From NCBI RefSeq assembly GCF_004010195.1, contig NC_057758.1, positions 3,835,428-3,899,110 of the forward strand: a stretch of DNA of 63,683 nt, read 5' to 3'. The position numbers were made by a program, and so were the translations under genes. Source of the stretch: Chiloscyllium plagiosum. Taxonomy: Eukaryota. How positions within the stretch are numbered: position 1 is the first letter of the stretch; the number at the start of each line of letters is the position of its first letter. Below are positions 10,851-24,779 of the stretch, piece after piece. The notes under the pieces are model-generated. The model did not search any database. It worked only from the letters and a program-made list of their open reading frames with translations, and had not been told where the DNA came from.

Positions 10851-11599
10851 CTCCTGCTCCTTGGATGCTGCCTGACCTCCTGCGCTTTTCCAGCAACACA
10901 TTTTCAGCTCTGATCTCCAGCATCTGCAGTCCTCACTTTCTGCTGTGAGCCTATTGTGATGAGTTCGTATTTGAGAGTACAGATCATTCTCCAGGTGTGG
11001 TCTTCCTTACAATATGTTAATGAGTAATCACTCCGCCTGAATACCAGCCCTCCTGCAATAAAGGCCGATATAACATTTGCCATAACCATGGCTTGCAGCA
11101 AAACAGGGAGTGAGAAAACTGTTTATTCACGATGAGTATACGCATTCCAAACACATTTAAAAAGAGATTTGGACAGGATGGCGACTGGTACCACTTCAGA
11201 GTAAACAGTGAGGAAAATGAATGTATATCATATCAATTGTTTAACGACTAGGAGACAACTGGTTGAGGTTTAACCAGAAGGTCACCACTGTCCAGGATAC
11301 AGGATAACTTGTAGTTGTAGGATTGTGCTTTATTGCTGAGTTATTGGAAGGACATGAACGTTCTATCACCAAACGTGCAGGTGACGTAGGGATACAAGGT
11401 TAGACAGAGAAATTGGCAGATCAGTCAATGGTGTGGAGGTGGGGGTAGAGAAATGGCAACTGGTGCAGAATTCGGGAACACGTGACATTTTTCATTTCCA
11501 AGGGTAGAGCGTTTATGCTGTAGAGCGATGTGTTTTCCTGAAGAGACAGATGTTGAGTTGTCAACTTACAAAGATTTGAACATTCATGATGGGCATAGG

Positions 11600-11861
11600 A
11601 TCATGGAGTAATTGAATCCCAACAGAAAAGAAACATCAGCCCAAGAAGTCTCCATGGACCCTCTGAAGCATGGCCCAGTCAAACCCATTCCACAACCCTA
11701 TTATCCTGTAACTATCCCTGACTACTGTAACTAATTTGCACATCCCTGAAAACTATGGGCAATTTACCATGGACAATTGACCTAACCTGCACCTCCTTAG
11801 AATGTGAGAGGAAAGCAGAGCACCTTGAGGACACCCACGCAGACACAGGAGAAGTAGGCAA
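11600..11861 (-). mobile_element. Old HE1-type (V-)SINE fragment
   Basis: Reverse complement resembles the core of the SINE at 60553-60902 (tgtctgcgtggg...gtgctc...ttcctc...catggtaaattgccc). Confidence 0.7.
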
Positions 11862-12399
11862 GGCCTTTCCGCTGAGTTGTGGCGTCCAGACCTCGAGGGC
11901 AAAAGTTTAGCATGAGAGTGGAAAGATTTGAAAGGGACCGACGGGAAGATGTTTCACACAAAAAGATGGTACGTGCATGGAATCAGCTGCCGGAAGAACT
12001 GGATGAAACTGGTCAGATTATAACATTTGAAACATACCTGGATGAATAGATGAATAGAAAGCGTTTAGAGGGATAGGGTTTATGTCCTGGCAAAGGGGAA
12101 TAGATTAGTTCAGAATGTTTCAGGAGCAGGAATCGAGAATGCACCAGCCAAGCAGTCAGGAAAGTAAGATTGAATGTAAAATAATTACCTCGTGAATTAT
12201 AGGAGCAAAGGATGAAGAGGTGTGGAAGCGAACATGGCGACTGCTGGGAAAGTGAATTAATATATTCGGGCAGCAGTTAAATCCACACTCTTGCATGTTT
12301 GATGTCGACCACACGTCGCCCTCTCCTAATTAATAAATGAGGATGCAATGAGGAATTTTGTTGAGATAAGGTAGCATTTTATTAATCTCTTTTCGCAAC

Positions 12400-14165
12400 T
12401 TAGAGCAGAGGAGATGTGGTTGAGTGCAGTTGTTTGCCCTTGTTGCATAATATGTGAGGTAAGGGTCACCACTGTTGTCCCTGCTGACTTCACCTGCGAG
12501 AATTGCGCCCAAGTCTAGTTCAAAGAAAGTGATGAGGATCAGGAAAGTCAATATAGAGTGTTAGGTTAGAAGCGAAAAGTTAGGACGAGTAGTGTTCTAA
12601 ACTCAGGTTTGCTATCAGTGCTATGGGCGAGGGAGGTTAGGAACAGAAAACAAGTGCGGCTGAACACGTGGCTGCAAAGCTGATGTGAGAGGGAGAGTTT
12701 TGGAATAATGAATCATTGTGAGATCATCTGGGGAAGTGTACACTTGTAAAAGGAGGAGCGGTTGCACCTGAACTGGAAAGGCACCAATATCCTTGACAGG
12801 AGATTTGCAAGAGTTCTTCGGAAGGGTTTAAATTCGTTTGCCGGGGTTGTGAAACGGATCAACGGATCAGATGATGGGGTAACTCTGGATACTGTAGAAC
12901 AGAGTGTGGAGAGTCTGTGCAGAAGGAGAGATAATTGTTAGGGCAATGTTACAGTCAGTGTGATGGATTGTCGTGTGTCTATTGTAACACGAGTAGAGTC
13001 AGAACGAAGGTAATGAAATTAAAGCACGGATTATTACTTGAACCTACAGTTTTGTGGCCTTCACTTCGACTGAGATATCATTGGTGGTAATGGTTTTTCA
13101 ATGTTCCGGGTTGATTTTTCAAAAGGAACATAGAGGGGGTAAATGACGTGGGGGAATGGCATTGCTGATCATGGAGAATATCACAGCTGCAGAAAATAGC
13201 CTGTCTGTTTGTTGATCACGTTTTGTCCATTGAGTCAGTATGGGAGGAATTCAAAAACAGGAAAGTCGCAGTCACTTTATTGGAAGCTTTCTGTAAACCT
13301 TCCAATAATAACAGAGACACGGAGGAGCAGATTGCAAGGCAGATTTTTTAATGACGTAGAAGTAACACAGTTGTTGTTATGAGTGACTTCAACTTCTCTA
13401 ATATTGATTGTATCTTTGTTACTGCAAATAGATTGGAATGAACAAATTTTGTCAAGTCTGTCCAGGAAACATTCCTGGCACAGTGTGTAAATAAATCGAC
13501 TAGAGGGGAGGCAGTATGGGATTTGGTGCTTGGCAAAAAACCAGGTCATGTGTCAGATCGATTGGTAGGGGAGTATTTCAGTGATAAGCATCACAACTCC
13601 CCGAACGGGTGCACTCAGAGATGGAATTTGTTTAGAGAGCACTTGCTGCGAGTGCTAAATTGGTTGTCCCACTGAGAGAAGGAAAGGATGGTGGGATGAA
13701 GACACCATTGATGACAAGAGATATGGAACATGTAGTAAAGAGGAAGGCGGAAGCTTGCTTAAGGTTCAGCAAGCTCTAGAAGGTCAAAAGCTATCGAGGA
13801 AGGAACTGAAGAATAGACTCAGGAAATGTTTCATGAAACAAAATAGATGGGGAGGATTAAGGAAAGACCTAAGGTGCTCTACACTTATGTGAGGAACAAA
13901 AGGATATTCAGAGTGGTTGTAGGGCCGATCAGGGATAACTAATGGAACTTGTGCCTGGAGTTGAAGGAGTAGGAGAGATTTTTAATGAATTCTTTGCTTC
14001 AGTATTCACTACTGAGAGGCACTCGTTGCGTGTAAGGACAGCGAGAAACAGGCTGATATGCTTGAAGAGTTTGATGTTATGGAGGATGAGCTTGAAACTT
14101 TGAAAAGCATGTTGACAGATTAGTCCCCGGCCAGATGGCATATACTCGAACTTGCTACGAAAAGT
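12400..14165 (+). mobile_element. CR1 LINE 5' portion (ORF1 zinc finger/esterase remnants + ORF2 endonuclease)
   Basis: AVVCPCC...VPADFTCENC zinc-finger remnant near 12425-12510; LHLNWKGTNIL esterase end; DFN..NID endonuclease motif near 13385. Confidence 0.8.
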
Positions 14166-14199
14166 GCTGGAAGAGATCGAAAGCAGAGGAAAAGTGTCG

Positions 14200-15455
14200 T
14201 GTTTTTTTTAGCCGGAATGGGTTTGTCCTGCTTTTATGTCCAGGGCAGAGAGTCCACATTGACAAACGGATGCCTGTATTATAATGCACTGGAACAGCTT
14301 GGCGAGGAACGCTGGACATTCAGGAGCACAAACCTTCAGTATTGTTGCCGTAATTTTACCCGGGTCCGTAGACTTTGCAGCATCCAGTACCTGCAAATAT
14401 TTTTGAAATCACGTGGAATGAATATGATTGATGGAAGATTTTATTTTGTATAATGATGACGAGCACCGGAAGAGCCCTAGACGAATCATCCACTCTGCAC
14501 TTCTGGGTAACGTTTGCTGTGAAAGATTCATCCTTACCTTTTGCACTGATGAACTGAACTATTCCATTATTGAGGACGGAGATATCGGTAGAGCTTCCTT
14601 CTCCAGTAAGAAGTTTAATTTCTTACCACTGGATATGCAGGACTGCAGAGATTCAACCTTATCCATTAGTGGTGGGATCGTTTGGTTATGTCTATCACTA
14701 GTTGCTTATTTTGCCTGACGTGCACGTCGTCTTATTTGTTGGTTTCATAAGGTTGACACCTCACCTACATGTGTGCCCCTTTCTGCTCCTTATATGCACG
14801 CCTGAAATCTTCATTGATCCAGGGATGCTTACCCAGTCTTAATGGTAATGGTTGACTGGGGGATATGATGGGCCATGAGTTTACAGCTTCTGCTGGAGTA
14901 CAATTGTTGTGCTGTTGTTGGCCTTCAGCGCTTCGTAGATACCGAGTCTTGTATTGCCAGATCTTTGTTCAGTGTTTCCCATACAGGACGGTGACAGTGG
15001 CAAACAGCACAATGGAGGTTATATTCAAAGCGAAGGCAGGGCACAGTCTCCACAAGGACTGTAGGGAAGCTGCTCTTACCGATACTGCCATGGACAGATG
15101 CATCTGCACCTGCTATATTGGTAAGGATAAGATAACGTGTTTTCTTCCCATGGTTGGTTCAGTTGCCATCTACCATATGTTCATTTGTACCAGACTCGCT
15201 CGATCAGTCGTAATGCTACCGTGCCACCCTTGGTGATGGAAATTGAAATAGCCACCCAGAGCACAATTTGTGTCTTTATAATCCAAAAAGTTTCCTCTAA
15301 TTATTGCACAACAGAAAGGAGTATCGATTATCCATTAATTGAAGGTTTCCTTGCCCTTGTATAACTTTAAAATACGAGAATTCACTGACTATGGATTCAA
15401 TGCCGAGGACTCCCAAAACAACTCCGTCTCGAATATATATAACTGTGCCACCGCT
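14200..15455 (-). mobile_element. LINE ORF2 fragment (paralog of 780-2035)
   Basis: Minus ORF 14208-14396 LDAAKSTDPGKITATILKVCAPE. Confidence 0.75.
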
Positions 15456-15459
15456 CGAA

Positions 15460-17257
15460 AATGGCAAGCCTTCAGAAATGAGATAGTGAATGTCCAGAGG
15501 AAGTATATTTCTGTTCGGATGAAAGGGAAGGTTGGTAAGTATAGGGAACGGTGAATGACGAAAGAAATTGATATTTTTGTTAAGAAAGAGAAGGAAGCAA
15601 AAGTCAGATATAGAGAGGATAGTTCGAGCGAATCTTTAGGAGAATATATAGACAGTTGGAATATACTTAAGAGAGAAATCAGGAAAGCAAAATGGGAATA
15701 TGAGATAGCTTTGGTAAATAAAGTTATGGCGAATCCAACGGTTTTTAAAAAATACATTAAGGACAGAAAGGTAACTAGGAAAGAATAGGGTCGAGCAAAA
15801 GCTGAGCAAGGCGGCCGTTGTGTTGAGCCGCAGGAGATGGAGGAGGCACTAAACGAGTTTTTTGCATCAGTTTTTCTTGTGGAAAAGGATTTGGAAGAAA
15901 TAGAATGCAGGGAAATAGATAGTGACATCTTTAAAAATGTCCACTTTGCAGAGGAGGAAGTGCTGGATGTCTTGAAATGCATAAAAGTCAACATAGCGTT
16001 ATGCGTGGGAAATCACGTCTCACAAATTTGATTGAGTTTTTTGAAGAAGTAATAAAGAGGTTGGATGAGGGAACAGCCGTAGATTTGATATATATGGACT
16101 TCAGTAAGGCGTTCGACAAGGTTTTCCATCGATGATTAGTGAGCATGGTTAGATCTCATGGAATGCAGGGAGAACTCGCCATTTGGATACAAATCTGGCT
16201 CTAAGTATTAAGATAGAAGGTGGAGGTGGAGGGTGCTTTTTCAGACTGTGGCCTGTGACCAGTGGAAAGAAACAAGGATCGGTGGTGGGCCCCCTGCTTT
16301 TCATAATTTATGCAAATGATTTGGATGTGAGCATAAGAGGTATATTTAATAAGTTTGCAGATTACAACAAAAGTGGTGGTGTAGTGGACAGGAAAGAAGA
16401 TTACCTCATATTACAACGGGATCTTGATCAGATGGGCCAATGGGCTGAGAAGTGGCAGATAGAGTTTAATTTAGATAAATGTGAGGTGCTGCATTTTGGG
16501 AAAGCAAATCTTAGTAGGCCTTATTCACTTAATGGTAAGGCCCTGGGGATTGTAGCTGAACAAAGAGACCTAGGAGTGCAGGTTCATAGCTCCTTCAAAG
16601 TGGAGTCGCATGTAGATAGAATAGTGAAGAAGTTGTATGGTCGATTATTGGGCAGAGTATTGAAGACAGGAGTTGTGACCTCATGTTACAGCTGTACAGA
16701 ATATTGGTTATCCCATTGTTGGAATATTGCGAGCAATTCTGATCTCTTTTCTGCAGGAAAGATGTTGTGAAACTTGAAAGGGTTCAGAATGTTGCCAGCA
16801 TTGGATGATTTGAGCTATAGGGAAAGGTTGAAAAGGCTATGGCTGTTTTCCCTGGAGCATCGGAGGCTGAGGGGCGACTTAAGAGAGGTATATAAAATCA
16901 TGAGGGGCATGGATAGGATAAATAAACAAAGTCTTTTCCCTGGGGTCGGGGAGTCCAGAACTAGAGGCCGTAGGTTTAGGATGAGAGTGGAAAGGTATAA
17001 AAGAGAGATAAGAGGCAACTTTTTCACTCAGACGGTGGTATATGTATGTAATGAACTGGTAGAGGAAGTGGTGGAGGCTAGTACAATTGCAACATTTAAA
17101 AATCATTTGGATTGGTATATGAATATGAAGGGTTTGGAGGGATTTGGGCCAGATGCTGTGAGGTAAAACTTGATTTGGTTGGGATACCTGGTCGGTATGG
17201 ACGAGTTGGACGGAAGATTTTGTTTCATTGCTGTGCATCTCGATAACTCTATGACAT
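15460..17257 (+). mobile_element. CR1 ORF2 3' part (paralog of 2040-3908)
   Basis: QGSVVGPLLFIIY.NDL, QRDLD....WAEKWQIEFN.DKCEVLHFG, RRLRGDL.EVYKIM. Confidence 0.9.
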
Positions 17258-18435
17258 TCAACAACAAAACCGACAGACAAACCAATGGAATACCCATCTG
17301 ATCTCCGGTATCAGTGTTCTTAACAGAAGCAGTAATTCAGAAACTCGAACAAGCAGTTCTGCCAACCACCTAACACAAATTTTGGATCCAGTCCCTTTGT
17401 CATCACGAAGCGAAACAATTGACAGGAAACCTTCAAGACCATCAATAATATGCTTACTGGCATTAAATTCAGTAAAGAGGAGGAAAGCAAGAACAAACTG
17501 CCATTCTTAGACGTTGCAATAGAGCGAACAGCCAATGGTGAACTTCAAACCAGCATTGACAGGAAAACAACACATTCGTAACAAATACTGAACTACAGAA
17601 GTAATCATCCCTACACCACAAAACGGCGCTGCATTAGAACATTACTTCAACGAGCCATGCACATTGCAGCACATAGGCACTACGAAGAACAGGGTCAAAT
17701 CAACTTTACACGATATTCAAAAAGATTGGGTACCCAATGAACACAGTCAGCAGAACTCTCAGCAACAAACGCAAAGAAGCAGAACGAAAGGAATCTAGAA
17801 ATCCTAGCCACTCTCCACCACACGAAAGTAATCTCGGAAATTACCGCCAGACTACTCAGAACTCTTGGAATCAATGCAGTCCACAAACTCACCAACATAT
17901 TGACACAGCAGCTAATGAATTTGGAAGACCCGATAAAGACACAAGCAAAAGTATTGTCATTTATAAAATAACTTGCAAGCAATGTAACAAACACCACATT
18001 GGACAAACAGGCAGAAAACTAGTCACCAAGATTCATGAACTTAAAACAAATATGACCCACTCTCACTAGTATCGTACATACCGATGAGGAAGCACCCTGT
18101 TCGATTGGGATAACATATCCATCTTAGGACATGCCAAACAGTGTCACCTGCGATAATTCCGGGAAACATGGCTCTCCAACCAAAGCTCTGTTAACAAATA
18201 TATGACTTGGTTCCCATTTTACACACCGTGACACCACAAGAAATGACATCATTACCACAAGAATTGACACCCCAACCTAAGGAAAGACAATCGCATAAAT
18301 AACAAACCACCTGCGCTCCTACAGAGGCTCACTGATGATGAAGTATGGTTACAAAACATTTGAAACGAAACTTGCAGACAAGTGAGCAAACTTACATTCA
18401 GAACCTCAACCCGAACTACAATTATTCTCAAAAAC
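17258..18435 (+). mobile_element. Penelope-like element 3' half (RT, GIY-YIG, decayed hammerhead end)
   Basis: VIYKITCKQCNKHHIGQTGRKLVTKIHE; ctgatga at 18332-18338 followed by a decayed GAAACGTC. Confidence 0.85.
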
Positions 18436-18559
18436 ATGCTAGTCATATTTCCTTTATACCATGCCTCCTTACTTTCTGAATGAGACTATTATGAGGAACC
18501 TTACGAAACGTCTCACTGCAATCCACTTTTGCATTCAGCTCAGACTTCGGGTTCGCAAC

Positions 18560-20935
18560 ATTGCATTCTGATGCCACTGGGGACCCATTTAGAAGTATGG
18601 AAAACTCAAGTTGAAATTAAAAAAAAATTACTGAAATGCACAAGGTTGTATTTGAAGTTTGACAGGCATGTCATACATGTCAGGTAATTTGTAAACGACA
18701 GACAGTAATAGCACCTACACTTTTAATACATATTCCTGCATTTCGGGAAGCTTTTACAGGAGTTTTAGTTGACTGAGTAGGAGCCCTACTACAGCCAAAA
18801 TTTGGGAATCCGTATTTGGTACCAATAAACGATGTGTCAACTAGATTTCCAGAGCTGCCCCATTACACAATATCACAGCTAAAAGAATTGCAGAGCAATT
18901 ACTCAATTTTTTCAATAAATACCGTCTACTCACAGAGATCTAATCAGATCAAGTCTCAAAATTTACAACAAAATTATTGAAGGAAATTATTTACGAATTC
19001 GGAATAAGTCTACCACCTACCATCCAGAATTGGAAGGCGCGTGAGAAAGATGGCATCAGACATTTAAGACAATGTCCCGGTCTCGTAGTCAGAAGTATCC
19101 AGATGAATGGGATAAGAGAATTCCGTTTGTGCTGTTTGTTATCAGATACTCACATAATGGATCAATCAAATTCATTCCATTTGAATTACCTTTCGGGCAT
19201 GTAGTGAGTGGACCGCTAAAATTATGTTTGATATAGATGTTAGAGATGCTGTTCCGATTAAGCAGCATTCTTACAGGCATTAAGCTCTAAAGTTGGCATA
19301 GGTTAAAAAGGAGCGTGAATACGATTTCCAAAACGGCATAGTTGAAGTGAGTTACAGTAACTGGTGGTCAACCGTAGTAATGGTGACAAAACAAAAGCGG
19401 TTATGTGTGGCCTGTAACAAAATCGGTGCAGTTACAAAGATTGATTCTGCGTTTGAACAACTGCGTTGAAAAGGTGTGATAGGCAACTTAAGTTGGAATT
19501 ACTCAGAAGATACTGGCAGGAACCTTTGTCAGAAAGAGTGAAGACAATTTGGCATGAACTCTATCAGTTTAAAGTCATGCCATTTTGTACGAACAACGCT
19601 CTGGCGACATTCGCACACTAATGAGTAGCATTATTTCCGGATTACCCAACTGTGTCAGAAATATGGAGTCATGCTTTGGAGAAATATGGAGGACCTGGTG
19701 ATTTTAATTCACGCATGGAAGAAACATTGGCAACATTTGTCAGACTTTGTTCGATGGCCATTGGAAGGCAGGCTTGTTGATAAACCTAGCTAAAAGTAAA
19801 TTTGTCAAGGCCCAAGTCAGCTTCCTGGGACATGGGCAAATGGCGCGACCGGAAGCAAAAACAAATGTAATTGTCGATTTCCTATACGATCGACAAAAAG
19901 AGCAGAACTACGATTCCTGGGATTTAGTTGACTGTATCAAAAATTCGGACCAAATTTTCGTAGTGTGTCTCCTCCACTCACTGAATTACTAAAGAAAGGC
20001 AAGAAGGTTCAGTGGACAGCGAACTGTCAGAAGACGTTTGACATCCTGGTATCTGTATTACCTACTCCCGCAGTTCTAGCCACACCTAATTGCATAATGG
20101 AGGATGCAATTGATCCAAGCGATGTGAGTGTTGGTGTTGTGCGACGAGAAAATACAAAAGAAATCTGTCGGGTATTTCTCCACTTAATTGAACATGCATC
20201 AGCAGAATTATTCGACAGCTGAGAAGAAGAAGTGTAGCTTGGTTTTGGAGCAACATCTCAATGTTTATATTACCATTAACATTGGTTATCAGTCTTTTTA
20301 CCTGCGTTGACATTGCGATGGTTTACACCTGGCCGTTGGGTATCATTAAATTCGTCACCATTACCATTTGTGAGCGCCAGTCACTGTAAGTCACTCTGAT
20401 TATGTTACCTTGGAGCATGTGTTCAATCTCCTTTTGAACCTGTTCCAACTTAAGAGTCTTGTGCCTCGAAGAATGTTGTTTAAACGGAACAGCTCCCATA
20501 TCTACATCATGCATAATTAATTTAACACTTCCCAGCTTTCTCCACAAGTGACCCTCGTTGATAATAATACCACATATATCTGAGGGAATCATGAACACTG
20601 ACCATTGCACATTGACATTTGCAGAGAATTCCAAGGCAAAAATGCCAAACTGTTTAAATGGAGATTTTACTTACAGTCATTCAGTTTTAAAATCTTGCAC
20701 GAGGCAGACCGAAATAACAGGATTGCCAACGCATGGCCGAGGCTTGAATGGGAAACCGAGGTGTTCATTGGCAGGAATAAAACAGTTTGAATCAAAATAT
20801 AGTAGCGCATGTTGGCATGTTTATTGTCAATGTAATGGTTTTGTATGATATAGAGTACAGACAGATTAAGATTACGGGGATTTGAAATGAATCCACCTTT
20901 GTATATTGATGGTTCATTTTTTTTAAGTGGGAAGG
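18560..20935 (+). mobile_element. Gmr1-like Ty3/gypsy LTR retrotransposon internal region (integrase before RT/RNase H), degenerate
   Basis: Integrase DVSTRFPE...EI*SDQ...YHPE (18830-19030) precedes RT (DAVPIKQH, QFKVMPF, INLAKSKFVKAQVSFLGH) and RNase H end (TDH..LTF, KNAKLFKW); polypurine tract aagtgggaagg at 20925-20935. Confidence 0.8.
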
Positions 20936-23228
20936 TATGACGATGTGATCTCTTAACAAGATTATGTTGTCCTTTGTTGCTTTTTTTTGGAGTGGTCGTA
21001 AAAGCCTAGAAGTGTGAATTGAAGGATTTTATGGCCAATTTGATTATAGCTAACACATGCTGACTCAGTAAAAAGACATTTGATAATAAAAAAAACACTT
21101 ATACAATTGAAGGGCTGTTGCCAGTTATCCCAGCTGCGCTTTTCTCAGGTTTGATTTGGTTTAACAGTCTGAATATTGACTTAAAGCAGTTGCAAAACAT
21201 GCCTGACTCCAAGTAGTAGGTCCTCGCTGATCCTTCTCTCTCTCTCTGACTTCTCTCCTGTAAGACATTGAATTTGATTATTCCTTATGTGCCAAAGGGT
21301 GTTTATGGGAATTGTTGCAAATATTTGCAAGAGTGTCGTTAAGGATCTGCTATATTTTCAGATAGGTTAAGTTATTCAGTATTTTGTTGTCTATTGTTTG
21401 TGTTTGGTTCAGTAATCTTGTGAATAAATTATGGATTGTTGAACACAACTTCGTTTGACCAACTGCATTACTCCTTGAATATCCGCGTTTTACCTGCTTA
21501 GAACAACGAATAAATTAGAGGACTGAGCTAAGAGAACATATAGCATAAAACATAGAACATTAAAGCGCAATAGACGCTCTTCGGCCCTTGATGTTCACCA
21601 CCCTGTGAAACCAAGCTGAAGCCCAGCTCACTTCCACTATTCCATTCTCGACCAGGTACGAACTACCCTTAAAAAAAACGGGTTGACTATCCCAAATCAA
21701 CCTATTCGTGAGGAGACGGTTATAAATCCTCTCCGTGATAACCTTTTCCAACATTTCACCCGTAACTAAATAAAGGCTCAATGTACGATAATTACCAGGG
21801 TTGTCTATACTGTCATTCTTGAACATGAGAACAAGATTTCATATCCTCCATGTTTCTGGTACAATTTCTGTAGGCAATGATGATATGAAGATCAAAGCCA
21901 AAGGCTCAGGAATCTCCTCCTTCGTTTCCCAGAGAGTCCCGGATAAACAACATCCTAACCAGTAGATTTGTCTATTTTCACACTTGCCAGAATTTTTAAC
22001 ACATCCTCCTTGTGAACCTCAATCTCATCTAGTCCAGTGGCCTGTTTCCCTGTATTATTCGCGACAAAATTATATTTTTCATATGTGAATACTGACGAAA
22101 AATATTCATTTAGTGCTTCCCCACCTCTTCTGACTGCACGCACAACTTTCCACGACTGTCCGTAATTGGCCCGAATCTTGGTCTAGTCGTTTTTCCCCCT
22201 TATGTACCGACAGAAAGCTCGTCTTCACTCTCTATTTCAGTCATTCTGGGCTACATTGTAATTGTCAATCGCCCTAACGGAGCCTTCCCGTCTCATCCTA
22301 ACATAAGGCTTCTTCTTCCTCTTGACAAGAGATTGAACTTGCTTCATAAACCACGGCTCCTGCTTTCGACGAACTCCTCCCTGTCTTTCAGGTATATACT
22401 TTCCATGGACACAAATTTGCTGTTCCTTTAATAAGCTCCACATTTCTAGTGCGTCCATCCCCTGTTGTTTCATTCTCCATTCTATGCATCCGACATCTTG
22501 CCTAATCGCATCGTAATTACCTTTCCCGCAACTCTGCCTCTTGCTATCCTGCGTACACATATCCTTTTCCCACTGCTCAAGTAAACATATGTGTATTGTG
22601 GTCACTACCACCAAAGTGCTCAACTAACTCCAAATCTAACACCGAGCCGAGTTCATTACACAGTACCAAATGTAATGTAGTCTCGCCTCTTGTTGGCTCG
22701 TCTTCGTACAGTGTCAGAAAACCTTGCAAACAATGGACAAAAACTGACCTATCAGAAGTACTTGAACTGTCGTCCTCGCAGTCAATATTTTGGAAGTTGA
22801 AGCCCTCCATAGTAACTAACCTTTCATTCTCGCTCCTATTGGAAATAATCTTTGCTCTGTTTTCACGAAATCTATTCGGATGCCTCCAGGAAACTCCCTT
22901 TCCTGTTGCAAATCTGAGCCCTTACAACATCAGTTGACGAGGACACAAACGTCCTTTCTGAAGCCGGATTGCGGTCCGTAACTCACAATTCCACACCGCC
23001 ACCTCTTCTACCATCTTCGCTGTCCTTCTTGAAACATCTGAACCCCAGAACCTGCAACAACCATTCCTGTCCCTGCTCTACCAATGCATGTGAAATGGCC
23101 ACAACTTAGAAATCTCAAGTACCGTCCCATGCTGCAAGTGCACCCATCTATTGCACATGCTCCAGGCGTTGAAATAGGTTCACTACTTTTTTGAAATGTT
23201 TTGAGGGGGTCTGATCTGGTCCACAACA
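20936..23228 (+). mobile_element. 3' LTR of the gypsy element, split by a CR1 insertion (LTR parts 20936-21530 and 23183-23228)
   Basis: Starts right after the PPT; non-CR1 sequence resumes after the CR1 and ends in ...ggtccacaaCA; CTA on both sides of the CR1. Confidence 0.6.
21531..23182 (-). mobile_element. Internally deleted CR1 inserted in the LTR
   Basis: 3' tail (atgttct-like repeats) at 21531-21560; PTRGETTLHLVLCNE, EHFGGSDHN, DNPGNYR. Confidence 0.8.
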
Positions 23229-24680
23229 TTTGCCAAACACTTTCCTAAAATCAAATAAATAACACCTGCCATCATCAGTCTTTTTGTTAACTTTTTCAAA
23301 ATCCTCCATTAGGTTTGTATAGAGGCTCTTCTCCTCACACAAGACTATGCTGACCATCTGTAATCAATAATTGCCTCTCCAATTGTCCATGAATCGTTCC
23401 TTTGATAATCACTTTGAACAATTTAACCACAACTGAATCCATACTTGCAGGTTGATAGTTTCTTGGTGTCTCCTTATAAACGTTCTTATTTAAAGATACA
23501 ATATCAGCCACATTGCAGTCATCCGGTACCTCATCCCTACATACGCATGTTACAAATAGTTCTGGCAGGGATCTCGTAATTTCATTCTTTCCTTCCCAGT
23601 AGAGTAGTTCCCGGAGATTTGCCAACTATGTATTCACCATGAACTTCCTCTTCTGTCATGCGAACGGTATTAGAACATCCAAGTATCTTTATGCATTCCC
23701 TGCCGTCTATTTCTTTCTCCTCATTCAAACTGTCACAAAATAGCCAATTAGTTTCGATCCCATCTCCTCAGGTTCAAAATTGGGACGACCTTCTTGGTCA
23801 GTAAGAGGTCTCCTACTCTGTCTGTGGTTACTCACTTCGTCTTACTGTACGTGTGGAATCTCTTTGTTTTCCTTAAACTTACCTGCCAATACAATCTCAT
23901 GTAATTTCTTTGCATTCCTGATTCCTCTCTTAAGAAAGCCCATCCACTCTTCATTTTGATTAAGACATTCAATTGAACAATGTTGTCTATTTCTAAAATA
24001 ACATTGTCTTTTATTCTTGAAAAGAATATCAACATGTTCGATCATTCAATGATTCTTAAACTCACCCGTCTTAGCCTTCACTCTGACAGGAACATAATAT
24101 CTCTGAACTCTCGTCAGCAGTGTTGACAGCCTTCCATTTATCAGACATCTTTTTTTAACCTATAAACGGTCTCCTGCAATGAGATTTTGAAACGTTATTG
24201 TCTCATACAATTAAAATTTGTGTTACTCTAATTAACAGATTTGTCTATCATTGAAGGCATATCCTTTTCCATAACACCTTGAAACTAATAGAGTTATGGC
24301 CACTAGCCCCAAAGTATTCCGCTACTTTTATATTCGTGACCGCCCTGATATATTGGATAAACGAAGCTGCAGTTTTCCTCCTTCTCTAGTAGCGGCATCC
24401 ACATATTGAAAAACAATTTTCTTTAATGCTTTTCACAAGTCCTTCACCATTCCAGCATTAAAACTATGCAGCTGTATTCAAAGTTTGGACAATGAGATTT
24501 CCGCAGTATTACATCTTTTGAGCTTACATATATCTGCAATATGCCTAAATATTTGTTTTTGATGTTCCTTTACTATTATACGGCTTATAGTGCAATTCCT
24601 TCAAAGTGATGTTTCCTTTCTTGTTTGAAATTTCTACCCACACATTTTCACTGATCGAACTTTCAGAATTATCTTCCCTA
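23229..24680 (-). mobile_element. Old CR1 ORF2 fragment
   Basis: EVPDDCNVADIV...PRNYQP, ITDGQH, LYTNLMEDFEKV. Confidence 0.75.
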
Positions 24681-24779
24681 GTTATGTGCTGAGGGTGGAG
24701 ACTTTGGGAGAGAAGGGTGTGATTATATGACATGATGAAAACCATATTCGGACGAAGTTAAAATGGACACATTGAGGGA

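Larger units (their letters stand above)
10723..10941. mobile_element. Palindromic Penelope-derived mini-element with 18-bp target-site duplication
   Basis: 92-bp inverted arms (10720-10811 / 10815-10906; 3 mismatches; GTG loop) plus a tail; flanked by gctgtgagYctattgtga at 10705-10722 and 10942-10959. Confidence 0.9.
13430..18012. repeat. Segmental duplication A, copy 2
   Basis: Colinear with 1-4667. Confidence 0.95.

Noticed and set aside
18330..18362. Active hammerheads at the Penelope ends (also 9647-9684)
   Set aside because: Catalytic core positions are mutated (GAAA to AAAA in both, CUGA to CUAA at 9649), so they are reported only as decayed motifs.
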